Shown piece after piece: positions 50,601 through 61,172 of a stretch of 64,000 nucleotides of DNA. A program made the position numbers and the translations under genes. The stretch's first letter is position 1. Every line of letters begins with the position of its first letter. The notes beneath the pieces were generated by a model. It did not search any database. It saw only the letters and a program-made list of their open reading frames with translations, and was not told the origin of the DNA. The stretch lies in NCBI RefSeq assembly GCF_902459465.1, contig NC_047076.1:1054001-1118000 (forward strand). Direction: 5' to 3'. Source of the DNA: Asterias rubens (taxonomy: Eukaryota).

Positions 50601-51739
50601 GGATGCTGGTCACTTTCTTGATGAGAATATTGGTCATGATTACGGTGACCTTGTTGATGTCTCTGGCGTTGGTCATATGAAGGAGACTGACCATCAGGAT
50701 GAACCTTGTTCTGGTGTGGATTGTTTCCATGAACAGCTGAGGATGTTTTTCCATTTTTGTTTTGTCTGGGACGACGCGATCTTTGGTCTTGTAAAAAAGC
50801 TGACAGTTTCCTGTCAGATGCTCCGATTGAGCAATTATTGAGAATCCCCTGTGCTGCAGCAGCATCTTCTTGATTTTTAAACAGAATGCTAGCTTGGCTG
50901 TTCTGTGAATCCTTCATCGACCAGTCTATATTTTGATAATTTGTGACGTTTAAGCAGCCCAGAAAAGTTTTGAATGAGTCTTGGTCAGTGCATATATTTT
51001 TCACCTGTACTTGTAACTTCAATCTCGTTGATGTTGTTTGTCTTGCAGCATTGGAAGATGAATCTTGCATCACCTTCATCGCAGCTGAAACATTTGTCTT
51101 TCCCATGCTTCCCTCTCTGTCTTCTTTGGGTAAATCTTTACCCAGACCACCTCCCCCAACTTCCTCCTCCTCCTCCTCCTCCTCCCCCTCCTCCTCATCT
51201 GCATCGGTCTCTTCTTCACTACTTGTTTCCTCCGAGGACTCAATAGAGTCACTGAACACCATCAGATCATCTTCTCCCATATTATCACAATCAGAAGATG
51301 AAATGATTGGAAAATGTTCCCTTGAAGCCATCATTAACTGTGTTGTATCACTGCTAGAATCTGCAATTAGAAGAGAGAAAAAAACAGAGCAAAAATTAGT
51401 AAATTACTAATTGCATGGCAATTATTAGCTATTATTAATAATTCTGCTACACAAGATCTGTTGCACATTTTTAAGTTACATTTTTGTTTCATAGGATGGG
51501 GATATGGTTTTAAAAGTTTGTTGGTACATCAACAATGGATGGTGTGAGATATAGCTACCCTTTTTACACTATCTACTTTTGATCCGCAGAAAATAGCAAA
51601 TAGGTATGTGGGAGGGGGGAGGGGGTGGGGGGGGTGGGGGAAGGTGGGCGCAAGGAGGGCAAGGGTTATGCCATGTTGCATCACTATATAGCCTTGGTTA
51701 ATGATAGTCTTGGTTAATGATACTCTTACCTTTCTTCAT
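38637..51739 (-). CDS. Multi-RRM / RG-repeat / DEAH-box RNA helicase / RBR E3 ubiquitin ligase fusion (plant DEAH11/DEAH12-like), copy 1, ~2,740 aa
   Basis: Exons 51739-51730 (probable MKKD start; alternative ATG at 51334), 51360-46952, 46050-43298, 42321-42087, 41445-41297, 40853-40681, 40357-40077 and 38864-38637 sum to 8238 nt with consistent phases. GETGSGKST, TQPRRVAA, DEAH, SAT, ATNVAETS, QRAGRAGR, HA2-like and OB-like regions, RING1 (CGIC...CSHGFHLQC), IBR (CPTPDC...CQEC...CSSC...H...C) and RING2 with catalytic GCFH. Confidence 0.92.
38955..39527. repeat. Minisatellite, ~3.8 units of 149-155 bp, in the last intron of helicase-RBR copy 1
   Basis: AGAGGACAC unit starts at 38955, 39110, 39260 and 39409. 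Each unit contains GACTAGTGAGGAC twice. Confidence 0.9.
42378..42750. mobile_element. MITE family B copy (inverted)
   Basis: TTAAAGCCATTGGAC...CCATTGGCTTTAA; reverse complement of 1230-1603. Confidence 0.85.
42885..43275. mobile_element. SINE (tRNA head with central-domain-like body, - strand) followed by an L2 LINE 3' remnant
   Basis: Minus strand GGGTTCAAATCC...GTGTCCTTGAGCAAG...CACCCAGGGGTATAAATGGGTACCC, with the same body at 28825-28880. WNKL...FKTKLKTH at 43125-43200. The (AAT)n-led tail is shared with 10790-10850. Confidence 0.6.
49600..50590 (-). repeat. Coding tandem repeat, ~8 units of 117 bp (39 aa), in the helicase-RBR N-terminus
   Basis: GATAG anchor at 49759, 49876, 49993, 50110, 50227, 50344, 50461 and 50578 (exact 117-nt period). 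Unit DDRHRPSDMAVDHRSSQTGRGNSSGRGNYRGHPRGGYTP. Confidence 0.97.
51610..51665 (+). other. Putative G-quadruplex motif in the first coding intron of the helicase-RBR gene
   Basis: More than four G3+ tracts with short loops: GGGAGGGGGGAGGGGGTGGGGGGGGTGGGGGAAGGTGGG. Confidence 0.55.
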
Positions 51740-53324
51740 CGAGTCTTGGAATTTACACTTGTGCTTTTGTTATATAATTTTAAAGGTCTTAAATACTACA
51801 TCGACGCCTACATACTACATCTCTGGACCCCTGCTCTATATCCTGACGACATCATTTTAGTTCAGCAAGCCCGCTCATTTGTTTGACCCCACCCCGTATT
51901 TGCTGACAGTGGATTGGGAAAGTAAATGACAGTCACAATTGTGTGCAAACTTTACCGACCAAAAAAAAAAGTCTTCTAAATACTTGCTTTTTACAAAGAA
52001 AAAACCCCAGCCTGGCTGTCTGACGATCCCTTGCACGTTCTCTCTCCAGGCGGACAAACACGGTTGCAATGACGTTGTAAGAAGCTAGCCGAGGCTACGC
52101 CCTTCAAATCCAACGAAAATGCCCAAAGTTCCAAAATTTATGTAATAAAAACACACCATTTGGGCCATCAAACTCTCCGTCCCCAATTGATCATTAAATA
52201 ATCAAATAACGTTGGTGAGATATCTAGCTTTCGTGAAAAACCACTAAGCTATTTTTGTCCCGCAGTTCTGCAGCAGATCGTTTTGCCAAAAAGTTATTGC
52301 TCACATCCGGAAACCAGCGAACTTTTCATTTGGTCTGAGATAGCGGGGAATTCCCCGTCTGTATATTTGTGTGTGGACACTGAAGGGCGCTGTTTCTTTT
52401 CTAATTTTTCATTCAACAGAGCGCGCGAATGCAAATGGACATTGGTAAGTGAAGAAACATTTCTGTGCAAACTAACTGATCACAATCAGTTAGATTGTGT
52501 GCTGGAGGACAAAGATTTATCATCGTTTCCAGGGTACCATGTTGGAAAAGTTTCCGTATGGCGCCACCACTTTTTCATTCGATATGAAATGATATAGTAT
52601 CTAATTGACCTCAATGAGATATCCCTTTTTGTAAAAATGAGGGGAAAAGTGGTGGCGCCATACGGAAAGTTATCCACGATGGTCCTTGCATAGCAGAGCA
52701 AAATGTGTTAGTTGCTATTCAAAAATCATCATTTGCAACTCAATATATTACCATTCAGTGTGCACAAAAATTGTGCAGTCGAAATAGTTTGCTATGCATG
52801 CAAAAATGCTGGATGAAATCGTTCCCTGGTTCCCCTGACGTTATGATGTTGTTGTTCATGGGTTCCTGTTCTGTTTGTCATGTTTGTAGTTTTTAAGTTT
52901 GTTGTAAAATTCAATTGCTTACTTTTAAAATTTATGGCTTTATAAAAAATTGAAAATTCTGTATTTAACCACCTATTTTCTCTCTTAGGGTTATTAGTAA
53001 AATAAGGATAGGCCTATTTAGCCTACCTCGCCAGCTCTACAGAAGGGTTGATGTTGACAAAACAGACTCCAGAGAGTCGCAGACACTTTTGACTCTGATT
53101 TGAACGTCTTAAAAAGTGTCAAAATGGGTAGTTGCAATAACGTAACCCTCCTGATCCTGCCGATTGCCGACGGTGGAGCCGTTTTCGCAACTACGAAATT
53201 GGGAGGGTCTAAAAATGGTGGTCTTGACATTGCTGCACTCAGTATAGACTTAAGACTTAATTAAGAGTCTTGGCATGTGGAGTGCGCTGCGCTAGCACAC
53301 CTTGTTGGGCTGTTCTTGTTATTT

Positions 53325-53826
53325 ATAACACCCCTTACAAGTATTCTGCCTGCTCATTGGTTTAGAGCGTGTCACATGACATGTCTTAGTTTTGCTAGAC
53401 GACGGCCGTGTGATAGTGCGTCGGTTTGCCGTGCGCTAGTCCGAAGACTAGCACACGGCGTGCAGTACCCAGACGTCCGTTGCGTGTACGAGGATGATAA
53501 ATTAATAGTCTGTAACCATTTCGGATTGCACGACACTATGGTGCAGCACAGTAAAAGTGTTTGCAATCTGTATTCGCGTCGTCCGTGGATTGTAGCATTC
53601 AGGTCTGTAACTTAATAATAATAGTACATTACTTAGAAATGTTTGGGGTGTTATAAAACAAATATTGACTGCTTTTACTCGTGCAATGGTTAAAACTATG
53701 ACTCCCTCGGTGATCCCCGTAGCATTCTATTTTCCCTCGGCTTCGCCTCGGAAAAATAGAAAGCTCCGGGGATCACCTCGGGAGTCATAGTTTTAACCAT
53801 AGCACTCGAAGCAGTCAATATTTGTA
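53325..53826. mobile_element. Multi-hairpin non-autonomous element (Crypton-like, tentative)
   Basis: Palindrome 53658-53825 with ~80-bp arms centred on GGCTTCGCC, a small hairpin at 53428-53459, and inverted TTATAACACCCC / GGGGTGTTATAA motifs. Confidence 0.6.
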
Positions 53827-54294
53827 TACTAGCTCTCTTCTAACATGTCTAACATCCTGTCTTGTCTGTAGCCCCATTTGTGTGGCCAAGGCTAGCCAAG
53901 TGGGGCTATCTTGTCTGTATTCAAGAGCTCTAGCCATACATTAACAGCCCATCAAGGTGGGCCAGGAGTAGTGCGCAAGAGTTCCGTCCAGACGATGAAA
54001 TGTGCGCTTGACTTGACTTAATTTTACCCTTTTTTTTCAACGGCAAAATCTGGCAGTACCAGTTTCTTGAGGAATATTGAATGAAAGAGGGAAATAAATA
54101 CCAAAATCCATTGAGAAAAAAATCAAGTTAATCCATCGATGAGAATGGGGGCAGGATACATATTTGTTTCCCCATTTTATGTATGCTTCATTGACTGAAT
54201 ATTAATAATTTAATTGATATTCGATAATAATAATAATAATTGATGATTATATAAAATTACTATTCTGTTTTGGTCTCCCAAGGCATAATGGTAC

Positions 54295-54478
54295 AATAAT
54301 ATAATAATAATAAAACCATTCTTATATAGCGCATATCTCCGTGAGGTCCCTATGCGCTCAGGAAATCAACAGTTATTGAATTATTGTACAAAGTAAACAG
54401 ATAAGTTTTCAACTGGGTTTTGAATTGTTCTGATGTCTCAGCCTGTTTGTCAACCTCTGGAAGACTGTTCCATAACTG
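54295..54478 (-). mobile_element. L2-like LINE 3' end
   Basis: Minus strand reads QLWNSLPEVDKQAETSEQFKTQLKTYLF, followed by a (TTA)n tail. Confidence 0.75.
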
Positions 54479-55613
54479 AACATATTTTGTGTTTTACAGA
54501 TGAAATGTGTAGCCCCACCCCGCCAGAAAAAAGGTAAACAGCTGTTACCATGGCAGCAAGTACTATAAGGAGGCTTGATGAGACCGTTGTCAACAGAATA
54601 GCGGCCAGAGAGGTCATTCAGCGACCTGCAAATGCACTCAAAGAAATGATTGAAAATTGGTAAGAAATAAAAAAGTTAGCACAGTTTATACTACTTTACT
54701 AGAAATTAGACTCATTATTAACTCAGGCGCTGTACTCTTCTTTCTGAAATGAGATTTGGGGTTTTTTTTCCCCCTCAGAAAAACTTATATTAAGTAGCCG
54801 GAAAAGACTAAATTAAAACACCCATGTACATGATAATGGTCAGCCGTTGTACTCAATCAAAGTTTTCCAACTTTTTCTCAAGGGCCAAATATCATACTCT
54901 GTAGACATTTGACAGCCCGGTATATCAAATATTTATATAAAAAAACAATAATTGAAAGGTTTTTGAACTACTTCTTTCCTTAGCCTTGATGCTCAAGCCA
55001 CCAGTATTCAAGTGACTGTGAAATCAGGAGGAATGAAACTCATGCAGATTCAGGACAATGGAACAGGAATACGAGTGCGTCTTTAAGCCTTTTAGTTTTT
55101 GAGTCAATGAGTAACTGAGTAATTTTGGCCTTGTCTAATTGAGTCATTTTGTCATTGAGTCATTTTGTCATTGAGTCATTGAGTACTTGAGAGCTAAGGC
55201 GGACCATTCATTACACTTTTGTATGTTTAAAACTGTTATTTTCAAAATAAGGTGTACCCAATTATATATACTTAAAAAGGGCAAGAATACTGCCAAATTT
55301 GAGCCTATATATCGTCATAACCCTCAGATCTACGCCCTTCCGGAGAATTGAGGATTTTGATTATTGCAATTTCCTTCTTAATAGATGATAAATTGCATCG
55401 AGGATAAAGAATATTCATTTTGGTTTAACACCTGTGTGTGTTAGCAGTATTTCTCGAGCTTTGTGAAAAAAAATCACAGGCATATCACTTGGTTGGGATT
55501 CGAACCCACTACCTTTGCAATTCTAGAGCAGTGTCTTACCAACTAGACCACCGAGGTTGCACAGTAGCTAGAGGCAGCAGTTTAAATAACTTCCACCTTG
55601 CCTTCTATTGCCC

Positions 55614-55927
55614 TTAAAGACCCTGGACACTTTTGGTTTGAGCTCAATTGGTCGTCGAAGTTGCAAGATAATAATGGAAGAAAAAACACATTGTCACCAA
55701 TGTTGTGTGCTTTCAGATGCTCGATTTCGAGACCTCAAATTCTAAATCTAAGGTCCCAAAATCAAAGTCGCTGAAAATTACTTCTTTCTCGAAAACTACG
55801 TCACTTCAGAGGGAGCCATTTCTCACAATGTTGTATACTATCAACCTCTACCCATCACTTGTTACCAAGTTAGGTTTTATGCTAATAATTATTTTGAGTA
55901 AGTACCAATAGTGTCCATTGCCTTTAA
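55614..55927. mobile_element. MITE family A copy (internally deleted), next to a tRNA-SINE at 55455-55575
   Basis: TTAAAGACCCTGGACAC...ACCAATAGTGTCCATTGCCTTTAA. Confidence 0.8.
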
Positions 55928-56605
55928 TAGTCGCTCTTTCCACCTCACAGATCACTTACAGTAATCTCACCCTCCCAATTATGCAATAAATTCATAAAAA
56001 ATTCTACATAGATTTTCTCTAAACAACATTTTTCTGTTCTGATCTAGAAAGAAGACATGGACACATTGTGTGTGAACGTTTTACAACAAGCAAGCTGCGT
56101 CAGTTTGAAGACCTCAGTAATATTGCTACCTATGGTTTCCGTGGTGAGGTAAGCAAATCCAAACTTGTTTAAACTTTTATCACGGATGTGATTTCTCAAA
56201 TTTTAAATAAAAATCACTTCTTTTTTTTTCATTTCATTTTATTCACCAGCAAACATGAACAAAACTAAAAACTGCACAATCAAAGATCTACAAAAACAAA
56301 CAATACAATACTTTAAGAAGAATACAAAAATACATACGAGCAGATACATGTTGTAGGAACAACCTCCAGTTGGGTTTGTGGTGCACTCAAAGAATTGGAA
56401 ACAAAATGAAAGAACAAAAGAACCCTGACAGGATACTATAGACCTTATGTGCACATGACATCATTTGTGTGGAGTCCTTGTCTAGAGGTCAAAAGGAGGT
56501 TGATCATTGGTCCACCCTCTCCGTGCATAGGTGTGTGTTTTCCATTGTTGCATCATTGTTTGACCTCTAAGATGGGGGCGTGATTATGTCAATTCATAAT
56601 ATAAG

Positions 56606-56727
56606 TTATCACACAAGCGCAAGTGGAATACGGAAAAATATAGGTATCTGCGTCCCATATCCAACGAGGCTGTATGGGACGCAGACACGCTGTATTTTTC
56701 CGTATTCCACGAGCGCGCGTGTTATAA
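56606..56727. repeat. Long imperfect palindrome, third member of the hairpin-element class
   Basis: GTGGAATACGGAAAAATA...TCTGCGTCCCATA / TATGGGACGCAGA...TATTTTTCCGTATTCCAC, with centre CCAACGAGGC. Confidence 0.65.
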
Positions 56728-57733
56728 CGAATTTATCTTCAAGTTTCACGTGCAACGGCAAAGTTTAAAATTTCAGAACGTTATTTCGCGATGAACAGCA
56801 TGTAAGCGCACAAAGTTTAGAATGCAACTTTTGCACTGTCTGTTTATGGAGCGTGACGCGTTGACATTCACAATACGCACTGTGCATTAAAAACAGAGGA
56901 AGTAGTATTATAGGTTTTTATACCACTGCCAGTTCAATCATCTGATTGTTGGATTAGCGCGTACTGGAAGGTAAAGTATCATTAACCTGGTGTTGTTTTT
57001 ATTGTCCTCAAGGCTCTAGCAAGTATTAGTCACGTTGCCCATGTTATGATCACAACCAGAACTGAAGAATCTAAGTGCGCTTTAAGTATTCTCAAATAGT
57101 ACAAGTTTTATTACCTCTGTAAATTCTATCGTCTAACTTGGTTCAATTCATTTATGATCAGTGATGTTTGAAGCTTTGCATGGTGTGGATAATACAGGAA
57201 CAAGATAGGTCAGACTTTTATTCGAGTTTAGATATTTAAAAGTCTACCTGGGCCCAATTTCATAGAGCTGCTAAGCACAAAAATTTGCTTAGCATGAAAT
57301 TTTTGCCTTGATAGTGCTCTTTGGTAGTGAAGTTAGTAGCTATCCAATATAAGCTAAAGAAGTAGTCCTGGCCAATTTTCTATCTTCCGCTATTAAAACT
57401 TATATGTATACATGTCCATCTCAAAAAAGCTAAGCCTTTTGTGGGAAGGGTGGTGATAATTAAAAGAGCTATTTGTGAATTTATGAAAGTTATGAATTTA
57501 ATATTTATGTATGACTAAAAACTACCTTTGTACTTAAATTTTCTTTTTTTAACACAATTTTTAAAAATAAATAAAAAAACGACCGTGGATTTCTGACTTT
57601 TTTGGTCGGTCGGAAAAGGGCAATAAACAGTTTTTTTTATTTATGCCTTAGGCTATATGTTGGGATACACAAAGTGAAAATACAGGTCTTTGACAATTAC
57701 TAATGAAACTTCTTCTCTCGTCTATTTCCTCAG

Positions 57734-57963
57734 ATTATAATCATCGCATCAGTCGTACTGGTCGTGCCGGTAAAACAGGAACAGCTATTACTTTCCTGAC
57801 CCAAGACGACAGCGAGGTCTTCTACGATCTCAAGCAGATTCTTCAAGGAAGTCCGATCTCAACATGTCCACCGGAGCTCGCTAATCATCCAGAAGCCCAA
57901 AATAAACCCGGTACCGTCATGAACAGGAAGAAAAGGCAGGAGGAAACCATCTTTGCTAACTAA
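57734..57963 (+). pseudogene. DDX23: Orphan duplicate of DDX23 terminal exon
   Basis: 6 nt differences in 230 from 34281-34510. [11 protein letters not shown] becomes [11 protein letters not shown]. No upstream DDX23 exons in this unit. Confidence 0.9.
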
Positions 57964-60900
57964 CCCCAGACCTGGAATTTCGCAGAGGCCATGAACTTGT
58001 TGCCCCTGGGGCGGATTTCACAAAGAGTTTAGATTGACCTTAACTGCGAATCAATCTTGAATGCTTAGCAAAGTGTGATGCCACAATACTAACTACTCTG
58101 GTAATACTGACAAATGAATCTTTCAAAATGAAAATGGCCTTGCCCTACTCAAAGATGAAATTCCAGTCCTGTAACACTAACCAAAGCAGATATATTTCAC
58201 GTTTCACTGTAACTAACTCATCAAACTACAACAGCACATTTTGTTTTATTCTGTTGGGTGGAGGACTATACTCGTAAACTGTTCATGCTTTACATGGAAT
58301 CAGGCATACCACCACAATCAGAGTCCAACAGTTTGGGTGTTGAGTTACTGAATGGTGTTGGACTGAGGACTGCACTAGTAAACTGATGATGCTTTACATG
58401 GGATCAGGCAAACCACCATAATCAGAGTCCAACAGTTTGGGTGTTGAGTTATCATCTAGTGTTTGTTTTTGTTTAAGTGAGGAAGGATCCTTAAGGTGTG
58501 GTCTTTATCTCTTTTTCTCGAGGAAAGGAGTTTAAGAGATTCTTTTAACTATATCTTTCTGTTCATGAAACCAAAGGACCATCCGAAGCGACTAGCGCTG
58601 CGACTATAAAACCTGAAACTATAGGCCTTTTCACACTTCAAAAAATCTCTGTGTTGGACACGGATACGATCCAGATAATGTGCACTGACCTTTTCACACT
58701 ACAACTTATTAACACGTTGTCGATCCGGATATGGTGCATTATCCGTGTCGAAACCAACCCTGCCCAGGAGGTGGGTTGAAAAATCTCTATCCGTGTCGAA
58801 GATTCCAACACGGATCGAAAGCCGTAGTGTGAACACCTCCGGGTTAATTTTCGATCCGTATTGAGGATAAGCAAACAACAGCCGAGTACCAGTAACAAGC
58901 AATATGCAATAAATGGACATTTGATTGGTAATCCTGTTTTTATCAAGGAAGAAATTTCATGCTAAGCAAATTTTTGTGCTTAGCATCTCTTTGAAATTGG
59001 GCCCAGGTAGGGACTGAAAACCCAATCCACATGCAAGGCTCCAGTCTGAGGTAGGATTCGAACCGGGGTCCACAGGTGTGAAAGTCAGGGGAAGAAACAA
59101 CTAAGCCAATCTCAATTTTGGTTACTACAAGAAGGAATCAGATTTACTTATAAGCTGTGTTCTTTAATCATAGAATCAATTTGAGTTAGCATGGAGTACA
59201 TGTAATTCATAAGCAATTAATCAAAATGGAAGAAATATTCTCGAAAAATTTACAATGGAATTGTTGTTAAATACGGATTCTTATTATTAAACTAGCAACT
59301 GGCTAAACATATCTCATAATACATTGTTTATGAGTCATTTATTTGTGGAGCCATGTATTAATACGGCGATTTTGGCTACAGCTACCGCTAGATTGCCCGC
59401 ATCTGCCTATTCTTAAACACTGGCAGACGCGCTGATCTAGCCAAAGCTGTAGCCGGTACGGACACGGCCTAATAACGGCTCTTTTCCATGGCAAAAACGG
59501 CCTTACTCAAAAAATGACGTTTTGGGAAAAGCAAGTACAGAGATCAGTTGTTTTGCCATAAAACAGGACAAAATGTAAAGAGGCGGAGATAGGGCATGTT
59601 ATAATCACATCCATGCATAGTATGCATTTGAAATTTTAAAATGGAAATTCCCTCAACTTACCTAGAAATGATCTTATATACGAAACAAAAATGTTCACTA
59701 CGCACTCAAACAAAAGTTTCTCACAGAGCTTGAACAAAAACAAACATTTATAAAATGAAGGAAAAAAAACAACATCATGATCATGTCACTGCACGGTTTC
59801 ACATACCTGGGCCCAATTTCATGGCTCTGCTATACAGTAAGCAAAGAATCGGCTCTTACAAAAGTAGGGAATCCCGTGCTTAAGTCAAGCTAGGTAAGTT
59901 TTGCTAGTGTGTGTTCTAATTCCATGCTATAAGGCATTCTTCGCTTACACAGCTTGTGCAGAAATTCAGCGCTTGCACAGTAAGCTGAGAATGGTGATCG
60001 TAAGCGCACAATTCAACGTTAAGCAGAGCCATGATATCGGGCCCCGTTCAGTTGAAACGTAATAGCCATAACATGGTATTTTATTTAGCAGCCGCCCAAT
60101 TTCTGCCAATAGCAGTCTTTTTAAAGCTATGAAAAGTTCAACCAAATGCATTTGGTTGCTAAACCTACAAGCGTTGCTTGAGACTATAATACTCTAGTAT
60201 TTTTCGTAAATAACACTGTTAAATTATACCTTCCAGTTAAGTATTTCATGTCACAACATTGATGAATTCTGTTTAAAATTGTTTATAATTGAGATCGAAT
60301 TCCTAAAAACATGAAGATAAAACCATATTAAAGGCCCCTGATTTCAGAGTAGGGTTTTTAAAACCAAAGATAGATGTACATGTATGTAAGAAGGCTTCGT
60401 GCTTGCAAGTTTTTACGCTTTGCGCTCACAGTTCAGGTGTTTTTTGGAACAGCCTATCACATCCCTGATTATTCTTCAATGTTACTCAAAATACATTTAT
60501 TTAAAGATGAGTTAATATAACTTTGAGGAACAACAAAAATAGCTCTATTTTAAGTACCAATGTTCTTTTTCTCCAATTGATAATAATTTAATTATACAAA
60601 CATTTTAAATTTGTTAATAATACCAACATATTTTCAGGCAATACTTTAGAACAGTTATAACTGAGCTAAAAGATTTCATATAATGAGCTTAAACATACTA
60701 TTAATCCTTTTGCTTTTGTGCATACACTTATTTTAATCTTGTATAATTTCAGTTACTCTACATTTACGCCTTCTTCCAGAACTCATCCGTGGCTTTTTGC
60801 CTGATTTTGATGATTTTCAGAATGGCTTTACACCTGTTTCAGAGAGGCGCTCCAGAGTCTCGCCAAATCAAATTCTGAATTACGTACACGAAAAGTTTGA

Positions 60901-61172
60901 CGTCTAAAACAGTTGGGAGTGACTGGACAAGCGACAGGTCAAAAGAACGACTTTTGCAGTCGTTCAGAACAACTCTGGAGCACCTTGGTTTCAGACGTTG
61001 ATGTTGTCATGAGCCAAACAAATGTTATGTTATAAAAATAAAACCAAAATTTATTTGGGTTAGACTTGTAGTCACTCCTACTTTGGTTCAGCGTGACTCT
61101 GGCGCGCATGTCTGAAACTATGCTCTATTCAACTATGCTCTGGATTTTAGCTTGGTGTTTACTTGACTAAAA

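Larger units (their letters stand above)
54550..57085 (+). pseudogene. MLH1: MLH1 5' fragment (exons 1-4), frameshifted and truncated at the duplication junction
   Basis: Exons 54550-54659 ([37 protein letters not shown]), 54984-55074 ([10 protein letters not shown]...QDNGTGIR), 56048-56148 (KEDMD[+AC][11 protein letters not shown]...GFRGE; 101 nt against the expected 99) and 57013-57085 (ALASISHVAHV...KCA; 73 nt against the expected 74). No exon 5 onward was found. Confidence 0.9.

Noticed and set aside
49567-50865. 432-aa ORF in an alternative minus-strand frame, plus several plus-strand ORFs, over the helicase N-terminus
   Set aside because: Mostly explained by the 117-bp repeat: one stop-free unit propagates an open frame. 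No recognisable motifs. Ribo-seq would be needed to revive it.
55125-55195. Short GTCATT(TT)GTCATTGA tandem repeat in MLH1 intron 2
   Set aside because: Simple low-copy slippage repeat with no evidence of function.
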